Virus record (IMG/VR): IMGVR_UViG_3300031993_000008 | Span: 32,001-96,000 of that record | DNA: 64,000 bases | Source: a virus | Taxonomy: Duplodnaviria; Caudoviricetes | Reading direction: 5' to 3' (one strand) | Shown: piece by piece, positions 29,680 to 39,340 of the stretch | Layout: each line of letters begins with the position of its first letter | How positions within the stretch are numbered: the first letter of the stretch is position 1 | Notes under the pieces: model-generated | Seen by the model: the letters and a program-made list of their open reading frames with translations, nothing else | Databases searched by the model: none | Told to the model about the DNA's origin: nothing | Made by a program: the position numbers and the translations under genes

Positions 29680-31017
29680 TTATGCTAAATGTTCATTAGT
29701 ATCTATGCAGTCCGTTCTCTCGATAAGTTTCATCTTTCCATAGTTGATGTCAACTCTGAACTTGTGTCCTTTTCCTTCACCTTCCCTGATTTTCAGAATC
29801 TTGAACCAATAGTAAGGTGTTGCCACACCCTCAATGAGTTCACCTATTCTCATCTCCTCTGTCTGGATAATACCTATACAATTATCAACAGTGTGCATAA
29901 GACCCATTGACTCTGATACATCAGTAATACTGATGTCTGAACTGTCAAGAGCACCTCTACCAATCTGGGATGCTGTTATCATAAGTAGATCATACTTTAC
30001 TGCAAGACCTCTCAAATCTTCAGCCAAAGACTTGAGTTTCAGATAAGTATTCTCTGAATTAGGCTGACGGTAATTACACATAATGTTGATATAGTCAATA
30101 ATTACAATATCAACCTTGTACTTCTGTGTTTCCTCAACCTCTTTGATATATCTCTCAACATCCAGGACTGTACCCTGACCCGTAGGAAGTTCCTTCACAC
30201 GGAGTTTACCAGGTTCAAAGAAACTTGAATTCCTGAAATTCTTAATCTTCTTCTTGACATTGGCAGGATTCTCAACCAGTTTGTCATATTCCTCCAATGT
30301 CATATCAAACATATTGGCAGAAATTCTCCTGGTCACTTTCTCCTTTGCCATCTCACAGGTAATGAACAGTACATTCTTACCCTGTCTTACATAACTGGCA
30401 GCATCATTACAAAGGACTATTGACTTACCAACATTGGTTCCACCTATGTAACAGGTGAGAGTCTTCCTGTCAAGACCACCATGAGAAACCTTGTTCCAAT
30501 ATTCCCAGGTTGATGGTACCTTGTCACCCTTTATGTTGTGGTGACTGTCAGGATCCCAGAAGTCATCACCTAAATCCCTGTCAAATGAAATAAGGTTGGT
30601 GTCTCCAACCAATGCAGCAGCCCTCTGAACAATGTCTGCAACATTATCCAGGGTTATATCAGATGTCTTTACAAGTGCAGCTGCCTCAAACAGGTTATGG
30701 TTGAGTGCCCTGAACTTTATCCAGTTTTCCGTAATGTTCGCAAGCCATTCATTATCATAAGCAGTGATTTCAACATTGTATATTGCATCAACTGTTTCAG
30801 ATGAAATTTCATTCTTATCACCCTTTATGATGGCCTTCATCTGTTCACAGGATGGTGATTCCTTATACTCCTGAAAGAACAGTTTGGCGTTGTTTGCCAG
30901 ATACTGTATATCAGGGTTTGAAAAGAAATCTCCACCCATATCCGGAAGATACTGGGGTTTCTTCAGTGCATATGCAAAGATGATCTTCTCCTGATCAATT
31001 GTGGTCTTCATTCCCAT
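29680..31017 (-). CDS. Replicative helicase (T4 gp41/DnaB-like)
   Basis: GGTNVGKS, FITCEM, IIDYINI, LRGLA, TASQ, VSESMG. Confidence 0.9.
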   Translation of the reverse strand: MGMKTTIDQEKIIFAYALKKPQYLPDMGGDFFSNPDIQYLANNAKLFFQEYKESPSCEQMKAIIKGDKNEISSETVDAIYNVEITAYDNEWLANITENWIKFRALNHNLFEAAALVKTSDITLDNVADIVQRAAALVGDTNLISFDRDLGDDFWDPDSHHNIKGDKVPSTWEYWNKVSHGGLDRKTLTCYIGGTNVGKSIVLCNDAASYVRQGKNVLFITCEMAKEKVTRRISANMFDMTLEEYDKLVENPANVKKKIKNFRNSSFFEPGKLRVKELPTGQGTVLDVERYIKEVEETQKYKVDIVIIDYINIMCNYRQPNSENTYLKLKSLAEDLRGLAVKYDLLMITASQIGRGALDSSDISITDVSESMGLMHTVDNCIGIIQTEEMRIGELIEGVATPYYWFKILKIREGEGKGHKFRVDINYGKMKLIERTDCIDTNEHLA

Positions 31018-31029
31018 AATTCACACGGT

Positions 31030-31296
31030 TTAATCCCAAGGTGTTTTAACAATCTTATATCTTGTGTTGTTCTTCTGTATATATCCATTTGAGGTGAGTT
31101 CATCAATGATTTTTGACACACCCTCCTCATCCAGGTTATATTTGTTCTGAAGTTTTGCATCAGAGAACAAATTAGTATCCGGACTCTCCACACAACTGTC
31201 ATACAGAACATCCAATGGTGTTGGATAATCCGGCAGGCATTTGTTGATACCTGTTATATATCTTACCTCTACTTTTTCCTTGTTTATACTTATCAT
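31030..31296 (-). CDS. Small hypothetical protein (winged-helix-like)
   Basis: Probable start MISINKE; IIDELTSNGYI pattern; upstream of helicase. Confidence 0.55.
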   Translation of the reverse strand: MISINKEKVEVRYITGINKCLPDYPTPLDVLYDSCVESPDTNLFSDAKLQNKYNLDEEGVSKIIDELTSNGYIQKNNTRYKIVKTPWD

Positions 31297-31346
31297 ATTA
31301 TAAACACTTCTTATCACCATAAAAAATAACAAAAAACATGTAAATC

Positions 31347-31354
31347 CATAAATA
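31347..31354 (+). promoter_or_regulatory. Putative late promoter CATAAATA
   Basis: Exact octamer 26 nt before ATG 31381. Confidence 0.65.
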
Positions 31355-31380
31355 ATTTATACCTTATAAATAAAAAAACT

Positions 31381-34300
31381 ATGATTTTAACTTTTAGAGA
31401 CTACCAATCTTGTAGTGTTGATTTCAACACATTGGGACAGATAAATGAGTCACATCAGTATTCTGATGCAATCAGTTCTGTCATGGATAAGTTCACTTTC
31501 TACATAAAGAGAAATGTCGCTCTTCAGAACAGTACCCTCAATGAGGCAGCAAAGAGAGCATACAGTAAGGATATCAAGTTCAACAGAGATGAAAGAGTCG
31601 CTGCCATCTGCATATTCAATGAAATGCTCAAACAGTATGAAGAGAATATGAAAGAGGAACTTGCTGTATGTGAAGCAATCATCAATAATGAGTCAGTCCT
31701 TGAAGAAGGTGTTGAATATGATGAGGAAACTCTTTCAAACATCCTTTCACTTAATGAGGAAATCAAGATATTCAAGAAATTGAAGAATGTCACAAAGACT
31801 GTCCTTGATGGTGCAAAAGACCTTTCTGTAAAAGGTATTGAGGTTGTAAAAGCAAAGAAGGAAGACCTTATTACCTGGGCCAAGGAAGCAAAGAAAGAAT
31901 TTGAGGAAAAATACAATGCCCTCAAAGAACTCATCAGTGATATTGTAGAGAAAGGTATTGACAGTATTGAGAAATTCATAAACAAGATTCTTGAAGTATT
32001 CACATCAATAGGTGAAAACCTTGTTGATGCAGTAAAGAAACTTGGTGGTCTCAAGATGGATAAAGATGAGAAAGCCGCAACAATTGACATTGAAGATTCT
32101 GAAGGTATCTATGCAGGTGCAAAAACTGAAGAAGAAAAATCATTTATCAATAACATCATATTGAGAGTTCAGGCAATCCTTTCAAAGGATGAGGACAATG
32201 CTGCAAAACTGATGACAGAATCATATGTTGCAGAATCTATAGTTGACAACAAGTTCATTGCCTGGTTGGCTGGTTACAAACCAGATGGTACCAAGATGAG
32301 TTGGTGGAAGTGTATACTTATTGGTCTCTGCGCATCACTTATTGTATGGATGCTTCCAAAGGTTCTGGTTCTTGCAGGTCTTGGTGGTGCTCTTACAGCA
32401 TTTATTGCAGCTCTTGTGGGTCTGACCTGGAACGGTATAGGTATGTTGAGACTTGTATATAGAAGAAACAAGGAAAGAAAACCTGGTGAAAAGTTCTTTG
32501 ATAGGAAGACCAGTATCTTCTTCGGACTTTCGCTTATTGCAAACATATTCAGTGCAGCCACATTTGTCAAGACTATTGGTCCTCTTATGAGAGAGATTTG
32601 TAACACAATGGGATGGACCGGTGGTGATGATATGAGTAAATTTGGTGAAGCAGTATATGAGATCACAAAGAAGATAAGTCCAAAGAATGCATTTTCAGAA
32701 GGTGGATTCAATGAGGTATCAGAAGAGATCCAGAATCTTGGTGGTGATTTCAGAGGAGATGACCTCTTTAAGTCAAAGGATGATGTTCTCAATGCAGTAA
32801 AAGAAATGCCTGGTTCAACCGATGCACAGGTAGATGCACTTGACAAGTTCCTTTCAGCACCTCTTGATGCAAAGGGTTCATCTGCTGTTTATGATGCGCT
32901 TGAATCATTCAAGGATAATGCAGACCTTCCTTTCACTGCTGTATTTGATACTTCAAAGTGGGGAGGTACTGGTCCTATCAGACAGGCCATTGAAGTATTG
33001 AAGGATCAACTTCCTGAATCAGCAGTCCTTGGTACTATAGGATCTGCTGCAACCCAGGAAGCATCAAAGGGTATGTATGGTTTTGCCAATTTCCTCACAG
33101 GTGTAAACCAGGAACAGGCAAATATGATTTTCCAGAAGGCTGCTGAAATTGCCGGTAAGGATATGGACTTACTCCAGTTACACACATATGGTACAGGTGA
33201 GATTGCAAATGTCATCACAACAGTTGAACCTATCAAGGGACTGTTTGATGTACTTACACCGGATGTTCCATTCCTTCCTATGGTTATGCCATTCTTTGAT
33301 GACAAGAAATGGGGTGAATATAAGATAAGGTTTGCATCAGCAACAAGAGGTGCAGCAGCTTATGTGGTTGACAGGGTTGAAATGTTACCTGCTGACAAGA
33401 TTGAAGGTTCAAGTAAAGCATTTGACACCTTGAAGACTCTCCATAACAATGCATGGGAAGAGTTCAAATCACTTGACATTGAAGACATCAAGGTAAATGA
33501 GGCAAAGGAAAAGGAAGAGAAGAAGGAAATCGAGGAACCACAGTTCATAGCATTCTATATAAAGGTAGAGGAAAAGACTGGAAAGGATGGAGATGAACCA
33601 AAGGAAGGTGAAGAGGAAAAGAAAGAAACAACCGGAGTGGGTGTTGTAATTGATACTCTTACTATGATGTGTGCTGATGTCTGCGATTTCAACGAATCAG
33701 TGGAAATCAGAAGAAGACCACAACCTTACTTTATGAAAGGTCTCCTTTCAAGACTTTCATTCAGACCATTGAAAGATAATGACAATGAAACAAAGGACTA
33801 TATCAGGACAACTCTTGGTCAGACAATGAAGACTCTTGCTTCACAGAATGTTCTTTATGGTATGGGTAAGAAATACATTGACTCAACAGTTGATGGTAAA
33901 AAAGCAAACTTCACAATAAGAAAGGAGATTTTGGGTAGTGACAAGAAAATATCTCCAAATAAGACCACATTTGAACTTGGTAACTTCTCACCTGAAGAAC
34001 TCATCAAGATTCTTACAGATGAAAGCAAGAACAACAAGGTTGCCTATGAATTCCTTGGTGGTGAATATGCATCAAAGGTTTCCGTCAAGACAAATGAGGA
34101 TGGTTCAATCAAGTCAAAATCAGTAATGAAGGATGAATCAACCATTGAGAATGTAAGATATTACAGAGTTTCAAAAGACACATATAATGAATCTATTGAA
34201 AAGTGGAAGAAAGAAGTTAAGAAGTGGGAAAAGGATGGTAAAGAAGGAAAGAAACCTACCAAACCTACATTCATCAAGGGTGATGACAAGGAATATTACA

Positions 34301-34905
34301 AGAGGGCATCCAAGAAATTTATGAGTGATCCTGCAAACAAGAGAAAGAGAACATATGATTTTGTTGACATCAGAATCATACCTCTCCTCAAGAAAGGTGA
34401 ACTTTACAAGAAACTCATTGATAATGAGAAGTTCAAGAATATGCTCTACAAGGAAGATGAAGTGAATAATGTAAAACTCAACAAGGAAGTCATCAAGGTT
34501 CTCAAACCATTCCTTTTCAGACCAGAAAAGACATTTGCCAAGGATGATGAATACCAACTTTCACAACTTCTGAAAGACCAGGGTGTAGAAGGTGAGAAAC
34601 TCGGATGGTTCAAGAATCTCTTCAAGGATGAGGAACAGCTTCATGACACATTCAAAGACCTTGTGGAAACAATCTGGGATTACCTGTCAGACAACAGAAG
34701 AAAGGTGTTCAAAGATAAAGACCTCATACCTAATCATGGTAAGAAAGTTGAGGAGGATACTGAATACACACTGTTTGATGAATTGATTGAGGAGTTCTTC
34801 AATGATGAATATGATGAGGAAACAGAATATGAATATGATGTTGACATCATCAGTGAACAGAAAGATGTTCTTTCATTTGAAGATTTCCTGATTGAGAAAT
34901 ATTAA
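31381..34905 (+). CDS. Large putative internal/ejection virion protein with central transmembrane segments
   Basis: 1174 aa, several xNE/xxE sites, hydrophobic block at about 32302-32570, F-x-x-[FY] motifs at both termini. Confidence 0.55.
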   Translation: MILTFRDYQSCSVDFNTLGQINESHQYSDAISSVMDKFTFYIKRNVALQNSTLNEAAKRAYSKDIKFNRDERVAAICIFNEMLKQYEENMKEELAVCEAIINNESVLEEGVEYDEETLSNILSLNEEIKIFKKLKNVTKTVLDGAKDLSVKGIEVVKAKKEDLITWAKEAKKEFEEKYNALKELISDIVEKGIDSIEKFINKILEVFTSIGENLVDAVKKLGGLKMDKDEKAATIDIEDSEGIYAGAKTEEEKSFINNIILRVQAILSKDEDNAAKLMTESYVAESIVDNKFIAWLAGYKPDGTKMSWWKCILIGLCASLIVWMLPKVLVLAGLGGALTAFIAALVGLTWNGIGMLRLVYRRNKERKPGEKFFDRKTSIFFGLSLIANIFSAATFVKTIGPLMREICNTMGWTGGDDMSKFGEAVYEITKKISPKNAFSEGGFNEVSEEIQNLGGDFRGDDLFKSKDDVLNAVKEMPGSTDAQVDALDKFLSAPLDAKGSSAVYDALESFKDNADLPFTAVFDTSKWGGTGPIRQAIEVLKDQLPESAVLGTIGSAATQEASKGMYGFANFLTGVNQEQANMIFQKAAEIAGKDMDLLQLHTYGTGEIANVITTVEPIKGLFDVLTPDVPFLPMVMPFFDDKKWGEYKIRFASATRGAAAYVVDRVEMLPADKIEGSSKAFDTLKTLHNNAWEEFKSLDIEDIKVNEAKEKEEKKEIEEPQFIAFYIKVEEKTGKDGDEPKEGEEEKKETTGVGVVIDTLTMMCADVCDFNESVEIRRRPQPYFMKGLLSRLSFRPLKDNDNETKDYIRTTLGQTMKTLASQNVLYGMGKKYIDSTVDGKKANFTIRKEILGSDKKISPNKTTFELGNFSPEELIKILTDESKNNKVAYEFLGGEYASKVSVKTNEDGSIKSKSVMKDESTIENVRYYRVSKDTYNESIEKWKKEVKKWEKDGKEGKKPTKPTFIKGDDKEYYKRASKKFMSDPANKRKRTYDFVDIRIIPLLKKGELYKKLIDNEKFKNMLYKEDEVNNVKLNKEVIKVLKPFLFRPEKTFAKDDEYQLSQLLKDQGVEGEKLGWFKNLFKDEEQLHDTFKDLVETIWDYLSDNRRKVFKDKDLIPNHGKKVEEDTEYTLFDELIEEFFNDEYDEETEYEYDVDIISEQKDVLSFEDFLIEKY

Positions 34906-34908
34906 AAG

Positions 34909-34939
34909 AAAGGGTGAGAATCAAATCTCACCCTTTTTT
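34909..34939. terminator. Bidirectional terminator
   Basis: aaagggtgaga-atcaaa-tctcacccttt. Confidence 0.75.
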
Positions 34940-35064
34940 ATATTCATAATAAGATATTTCTTTTTGAACATCCAATACTTTCGCCATTCTTTTGATCTGG
35001 CATAATGTATCAGTTCCCACCGCTGCCACCAACAAAGTAATGACCACTGACCTTTAAGATTCAT
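34921..35064 (-). CDS. Possible small Trp/Lys-rich protein (47 aa)
   Basis: ATG 2 nt after the upstream stop (MNLKGQWSLLCWW...), but runs into the terminator. Confidence 0.3.
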   Translation of the reverse strand: MNLKGQWSLLCWWQRWELIHYARSKEWRKYWMFKKKYLIMNIKKGEI

Positions 35065-35066
35065 AA

Positions 35067-35270
35067 TTACTCCCTGTAATCATCATATATCTCTATAGAT
35101 CCATATTTTATAGAAACAATCAATTTATCACCGCCAGCCTCTTCCAACTTCTTCAAGTCATCAAGACTGTCAATATTGATCTTGTATCTATAACCATACT
35201 GCTTATCAATCTCTGTAATACCAGGATAATCAATCTCCTTACCTGATGTGCGATGTAATGTAAATTCCAT
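35067..35270 (-). CDS. Small hypothetical phage protein
   Basis: 67 aa ending IEIYDDYRE; tightly packed in an early operon. Confidence 0.65.
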   Translation of the reverse strand: MEFTLHRTSGKEIDYPGITEIDKQYGYRYKINIDSLDDLKKLEEAGGDKLIVSIKYGSIEIYDDYRE

Positions 35271-35271
35271 T

Positions 35272-35436
35272 TTAATATGCTTCTAATCTTATTGAATAAA
35301 GTTTGTTCTGCATCTTAAGAAGAGCAAGTTTATAACCAATTGCCTGATCATCATTGTCTAAATGAAGATTCTCATCCAACAACTTCTGGATCTCATCAAT
35401 TGCCAAATTGAGAGTATTTCTGTCGGGTTTTGCCAT
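35272..35436 (-). CDS. Small hypothetical protein (54 aa, missing from ORF track)
   Basis: MAKPDRNTLNLAIDEIQ...LEAY; first gene behind host-type promoter, stop 1 nt from next ATG. Confidence 0.65.
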   Translation of the reverse strand: MAKPDRNTLNLAIDEIQKLLDENLHLDNDDQAIGYKLALLKMQNKLYSIRLEAY

Positions 35437-35460
35437 ATTAAGTATGTTTTAATTTCAATA

Positions 35461-35492
35461 CAAAGATAATGGATTTTTCTGATATATCCAAA
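35461..35492 (-). promoter_or_regulatory. Bacteroidota sigma-A promoter (TTTG-N20-TATCTTTG)
   Basis: Second exact match with identical spacing. Confidence 0.75.
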
Positions 35493-35493
35493 T

Positions 35494-35531
35494 AAAAACC
35501 CAGGATTTTTTTATCCTGGGTTCATTTTTTT
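35494..35531 (-). terminator. Terminator after uvsX
   Basis: aacccaggat-ttttt(t)-atcctgggtt. Confidence 0.65.
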
Positions 35532-36730
35532 TAATCATCCATATCTCCATCATCCGGAATATCATCCTCTTCAAAAACCTTCTCAATATTGTTTCCACTA
35601 TCAGCATACCTGAACTCAGACTTGATATATTCATCAAGTTTCTGGAGTCTTTCCTTTGTAAATGCCTTTGCTGTGAATAACTGGTTAAGAGGAATGGTTG
35701 TACCATCATCCAGACAGAATCCTCTTGCTGTTTCAGAAGGAACAAAGTACTGGACTGTACCATTTGCATCACATTTGATATATTCAGGTTTAGGATCCTT
35801 CTCATATTCCTTCTCTGTAATGAACTTACCTCTCTGGATACCACATCTCTCAAATGAGATATAATCCTGCAAACCAACATAAGGATTCATACCATTTATA
35901 TAAGAGATATAGAACTTAACCTCAACAGGTTTACAGAACCTGTTCTTATCAGGTTTGGCAGTAACAATGATACCTGTCTGTGTATTATCTGAACCTTCCT
36001 TAAGTTTGGCCTTTGAAAGATTCAAGACTATACTTGCACCATAGACAAGACCCTTACCACCAGATTGTATCTTGGTAGGAACATATGAATCAGTGGCATC
36101 ATACACATGGTTGGAGAAAGCGAATGTACCTCCTATCACTCCCATCTTCTGCATCAGGATTCTGAATATTGACCTAATCTGTTTTGCCTTGGTCATATCT
36201 GATTTGTCATTACCTGCCTTGGCATCATCAATCTCCTTCTGGGTTGCAAGGTTACCAACTGAATCCAGGATGAAAAGAACCTTTGGGATGTTCATACCTG
36301 CCTCCTTCTTTTCAATAAGAAGTTCAACAGTCTGTGTAATATTGGTCTTGAATTCCTGAACAGTACCAACAGGTTCATAACGGAATTTTGAGGGGTCTAC
36401 ACCAAACTGTACTATTTGTGATTTTTCAATTGCATTCTCTGAATCATACCAGATAACAAAAATGTCCTTCTTTTGTGCCTCTCTTGCAATATTGAGAAGA
36501 AGATATGTCTTACCAGTGCCAGGATCTCCACTCAAACATATTGACCTGTTGTTGGGAACACCTCCGAAAAGACTACCAGTGAGACATGCATTACAGGCAT
36601 AGTTACCTACGGGTATATATTCGGTGATTGCCGAAACACCAGCACCATCAGACATAAGTCCTCCCCACTTGGAGTTCTTACTCATTTCCTTATTTAAATC
36701 TGCAAAACTAAAATCTCCACCTTTTGCCAT
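35531..36730 (-). CDS. uvsX: RecA/UvsX recombinase
   Basis: SGDPGTGKT, YDSENA, ILDSVGNL, SGGKGLVYGAS, KNRF; start MAKGG. Confidence 0.9.
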   Translation of the reverse strand: MAKGGDFSFADLNKEMSKNSKWGGLMSDGAGVSAITEYIPVGNYACNACLTGSLFGGVPNNRSICLSGDPGTGKTYLLLNIAREAQKKDIFVIWYDSENAIEKSQIVQFGVDPSKFRYEPVGTVQEFKTNITQTVELLIEKKEAGMNIPKVLFILDSVGNLATQKEIDDAKAGNDKSDMTKAKQIRSIFRILMQKMGVIGGTFAFSNHVYDATDSYVPTKIQSGGKGLVYGASIVLNLSKAKLKEGSDNTQTGIIVTAKPDKNRFCKPVEVKFYISYINGMNPYVGLQDYISFERCGIQRGKFITEKEYEKDPKPEYIKCDANGTVQYFVPSETARGFCLDDGTTIPLNQLFTAKAFTKERLQKLDEYIKSEFRYADSGNNIEKVFEEDDIPDDGDMDD

Positions 36731-36757
36731 AAACTTAACTATTAAAATATTATATAC

Positions 36758-36769
36758 TAAATATAACAA
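36758..36769 (-). promoter_or_regulatory. Putative middle promoter TTGTTATATTTA
   Basis: Exact 12-mer upstream of uvsX. Confidence 0.65.
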
Positions 36770-36783
36770 AAAAAGAGGATGAA

Positions 36784-37338
36784 TTACTCACCCTCCTTCT
36801 TTGCTTTTTTCTTTTTCTTCTTTTTAATCTCTTTCTTGTCTGTAAGTTTGAACTCCTTACTCGGGTCAACCACAACCTTGGCCCTGGACATAAAGTCCTT
36901 ACAGAGTAGCATCCTACTCCTGTAGGTCTTAGTTCCTGACAAATCAGAAATCTTCAGGTCAACCAGTTCATCCTTGTATTCCTTTCCATTGAACTTGATG
37001 TCAACCTTTATGACCGGTCTTTCAGTTGCCTTTCCATGATGCCAAATTTTGATATGTTTCACAATATCATACTCTTTCTTCTCATCATTGAAATCAAATG
37101 AAACCTTACCATCCTTCTCTTCAAAGTCCTGGACTATGATAGCATTGTAAGCAGTGTTACCGGTATCAAGTTTTGCCTTCATCTTTCCAAGACCGATAAC
37201 CTCAATTACCTCCTTGAATCCGGAAACCTCCTTGCCATCATGTGTTTCCTTTGATGTAGGATGAACAGGAGTTTCAGGTATAAAGGATTCCACCTTCACA
37301 CCTCTACTCTTTATATATTCATCAAATTTCTTTAACAT
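36784..37338 (-). CDS. RimK-associated retropepsin-like protease (RimB / 'ATP-dependent Zn protease' family)
   Basis: KAKLDTGN, ERPVI, MLLCKDFM..VVVDP; downstream of rimK; poly-Lys tail. Confidence 0.75.
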   Translation of the reverse strand: MLKKFDEYIKSRGVKVESFIPETPVHPTSKETHDGKEVSGFKEVIEVIGLGKMKAKLDTGNTAYNAIIVQDFEEKDGKVSFDFNDEKKEYDIVKHIKIWHHGKATERPVIKVDIKFNGKEYKDELVDLKISDLSGTKTYRSRMLLCKDFMSRAKVVVDPSKEFKLTDKKEIKKKKKKKAKKEGE

Positions 37339-37351
37339 AATATTATTGAAT

Positions 37352-37507
37352 TTATTTAAATCCTAATTGGTCTTTATTGGATGTGATTTTACCATTACCA
37401 CTTTCCTGCCAAAGTTTTTTCACCTCAGCAACCTTCTGCTTGAATTCTCTTCTCAACTTCTGTTTCAAAGAAAGCGGTGTTGAATCATTATGACAATTAC
37501 ATCCCAT
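37352..37507 (-). CDS. Small protein MGCNCH... (51 aa, missing from ORF track)
   Basis: ATG immediately after the rimK stop; open to TAA at 37352. Confidence 0.6.
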   Translation of the reverse strand: MGCNCHNDSTPLSLKQKLRREFKQKVAEVKKLWQESGNGKITSNKDQLGFK

Positions 37508-39277
37508 TTAATCTACCTTATTATATGGTGCCAGGTCAACCTCATGACCATAGAAGGCTTCTATCACACCAGCAACCTTACATGCATTCTCAAATGAGAT
37601 TGTATCATTGTTGAAGTAAGCATAATTCTCTTTACACTCAATGAGTTCATTTCCCTTGTAACTCAATGTCCAGTTATCCTTACTTTCATTTACACTCTCA
37701 ATCTTCCAGTTGTCATTCTCATATACTGACTGTTTACCCTGGATGAATCTTGTGATGAGTTTCCTCAATCCACCAAGTCTGATGTTCTCACCTTCTTCTA
37801 TTATCTTACTTTCATTTAACATAACACTTTCATCAAGTTTCTCAACAGGTACATCAAATCCTGTGGTGTTGTCTGTGAGGATGAATGAGTTCTCTACTAC
37901 AACAGCCTTGTCTGAAATTCTGTGAAGCAGCTTACTACCACCTATTGCAATATTGATATTGATATTGTCATTTACAGTCTTCAAGACAACAAGTTCATTC
38001 TTGTATATGGTACCATTGAACCTGATGTTCATCTCAACCATAGGATCTCCCTTTCTCATACCTGAAAGTTCCATCTTGTAAGTGACACCATTGAATACGA
38101 ATGTCACGTCATCGTCCTTCGCATTTACTGAACTACACTGGAGTTCTGTGAATGTCTTGTTGTCATCAAACTTCATAGCAGCATCAACACCATCACCCAA
38201 ATCCTTGAAAGTGACAGTTTCATACTTACCAATCTGATCTGAATCATACTTGGTGTACTTGAAGTCCTTGAACATATCCATCAATGTACCTACAACATCA
38301 TCACCGGCAGCAGTTGTAATACCCTTGGTACCAGGAGATGAGTTCACCTCAATCACATATGACTGCTTTGTCCTGGAATCCATAATAAGGTCAACACCGG
38401 CCCAACGACAACCTGTTGCCTTGGCTGCCATCTTTGCAATCTTCTCCTGTTCTGATGTAAGATGACCCTTCTCTGCTGTTGAACCCAGTGAGTAGTTACT
38501 TCTGAAATCGCCGGCAAGCTGGTTTCTCTGCATACATCCGATAATCTCAAAATTGTCAATACCTGGGGTCATCCTTTCAAATCCCCTATAGAGTACATGG
38601 ATACGGAGGTCATAATCTGAATTGATTTTCTCCTGGAGAAGAATATCTGCCTTTGGTACAAGTGCAAATATTGCCTGAAGGACAGATTTAAGTGAAATCA
38701 TTGAATCTATCTGGGCAACACCAATACCCTGTGTTCCCTTTGTAATCTTGATGATAAGAGGAAAACCACCACCTACAGCAGCAACCTTATCTTCAAGTTT
38801 GTTCATTGAAGAGTTGGTAACAACAGCGGTCTTTGGTGTAGGAACACCGGCAGCTTTAAGTTTCTTGTATGTGATGAACTTATCCTCACAGTTGTCAATT
38901 GCATCAAGAGTATTCAATACAAAGAATCCGTCATTCTGGAGTTCAGTAAGGAAATCCCTTGACTCGATATTCTTCAAAACTGTTCTTCTTGGAACAATGA
39001 TGGTGTTGTTTGGATTGAGGGTGAAAGTCTTTTTTGTTTCACCATTCTCAACTACATTGTAATCATCATCACTACCCTTTGAGATTGTAGATGAAGAAGG
39101 ATCAATTGTGACCAATTTCAATCCTGCCTTTTTGGCTGCCTCCTCAAAGAAAAACATTGAATTGGAACTCTTTGTGGTCTTTTCTGCCCTACTTGACAAG
39201 AAAACAACCTGGATGTTCTTTGCTTTCTTACTTTCATTAAGAGGAGCATATCCTTTACTTGAATATTTCATAGTCAT
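37508..39277 (-). CDS. rimK: RimK-family ATP-grasp glutamate ligase with degenerate protease-like and extra C-terminal domains
   Basis: DKFITY..L..AGVPTPKT, FPLIIK..GTQGIGV, LLQEKI, DLRIHV, FRSNYSLG, AGVDLI, EVNSSPG. Confidence 0.85.
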   Translation of the reverse strand: MTMKYSSKGYAPLNESKKAKNIQVVFLSSRAEKTTKSSNSMFFFEEAAKKAGLKLVTIDPSSSTISKGSDDDYNVVENGETKKTFTLNPNNTIIVPRRTVLKNIESRDFLTELQNDGFFVLNTLDAIDNCEDKFITYKKLKAAGVPTPKTAVVTNSSMNKLEDKVAAVGGGFPLIIKITKGTQGIGVAQIDSMISLKSVLQAIFALVPKADILLQEKINSDYDLRIHVLYRGFERMTPGIDNFEIIGCMQRNQLAGDFRSNYSLGSTAEKGHLTSEQEKIAKMAAKATGCRWAGVDLIMDSRTKQSYVIEVNSSPGTKGITTAAGDDVVGTLMDMFKDFKYTKYDSDQIGKYETVTFKDLGDGVDAAMKFDDNKTFTELQCSSVNAKDDDVTFVFNGVTYKMELSGMRKGDPMVEMNIRFNGTIYKNELVVLKTVNDNININIAIGGSKLLHRISDKAVVVENSFILTDNTTGFDVPVEKLDESVMLNESKIIEEGENIRLGGLRKLITRFIQGKQSVYENDNWKIESVNESKDNWTLSYKGNELIECKENYAYFNNDTISFENACKVAGVIEAFYGHEVDLAPYNKVD

Positions 39278-39300
39278 AAATGTATATAATTTCAATATAG

Positions 39301-39340
39301 TATTTATGAAAAAGAGTGAGAATCAATCTCACTCCCTTTA
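39301..39340 (-). promoter_or_regulatory. Terminator hairpin plus late promoter CATAAATA (39301-39308)
   Basis: gagtgaga-atcaa-tctcactc followed on the minus strand by CATAAATA. Confidence 0.65.
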
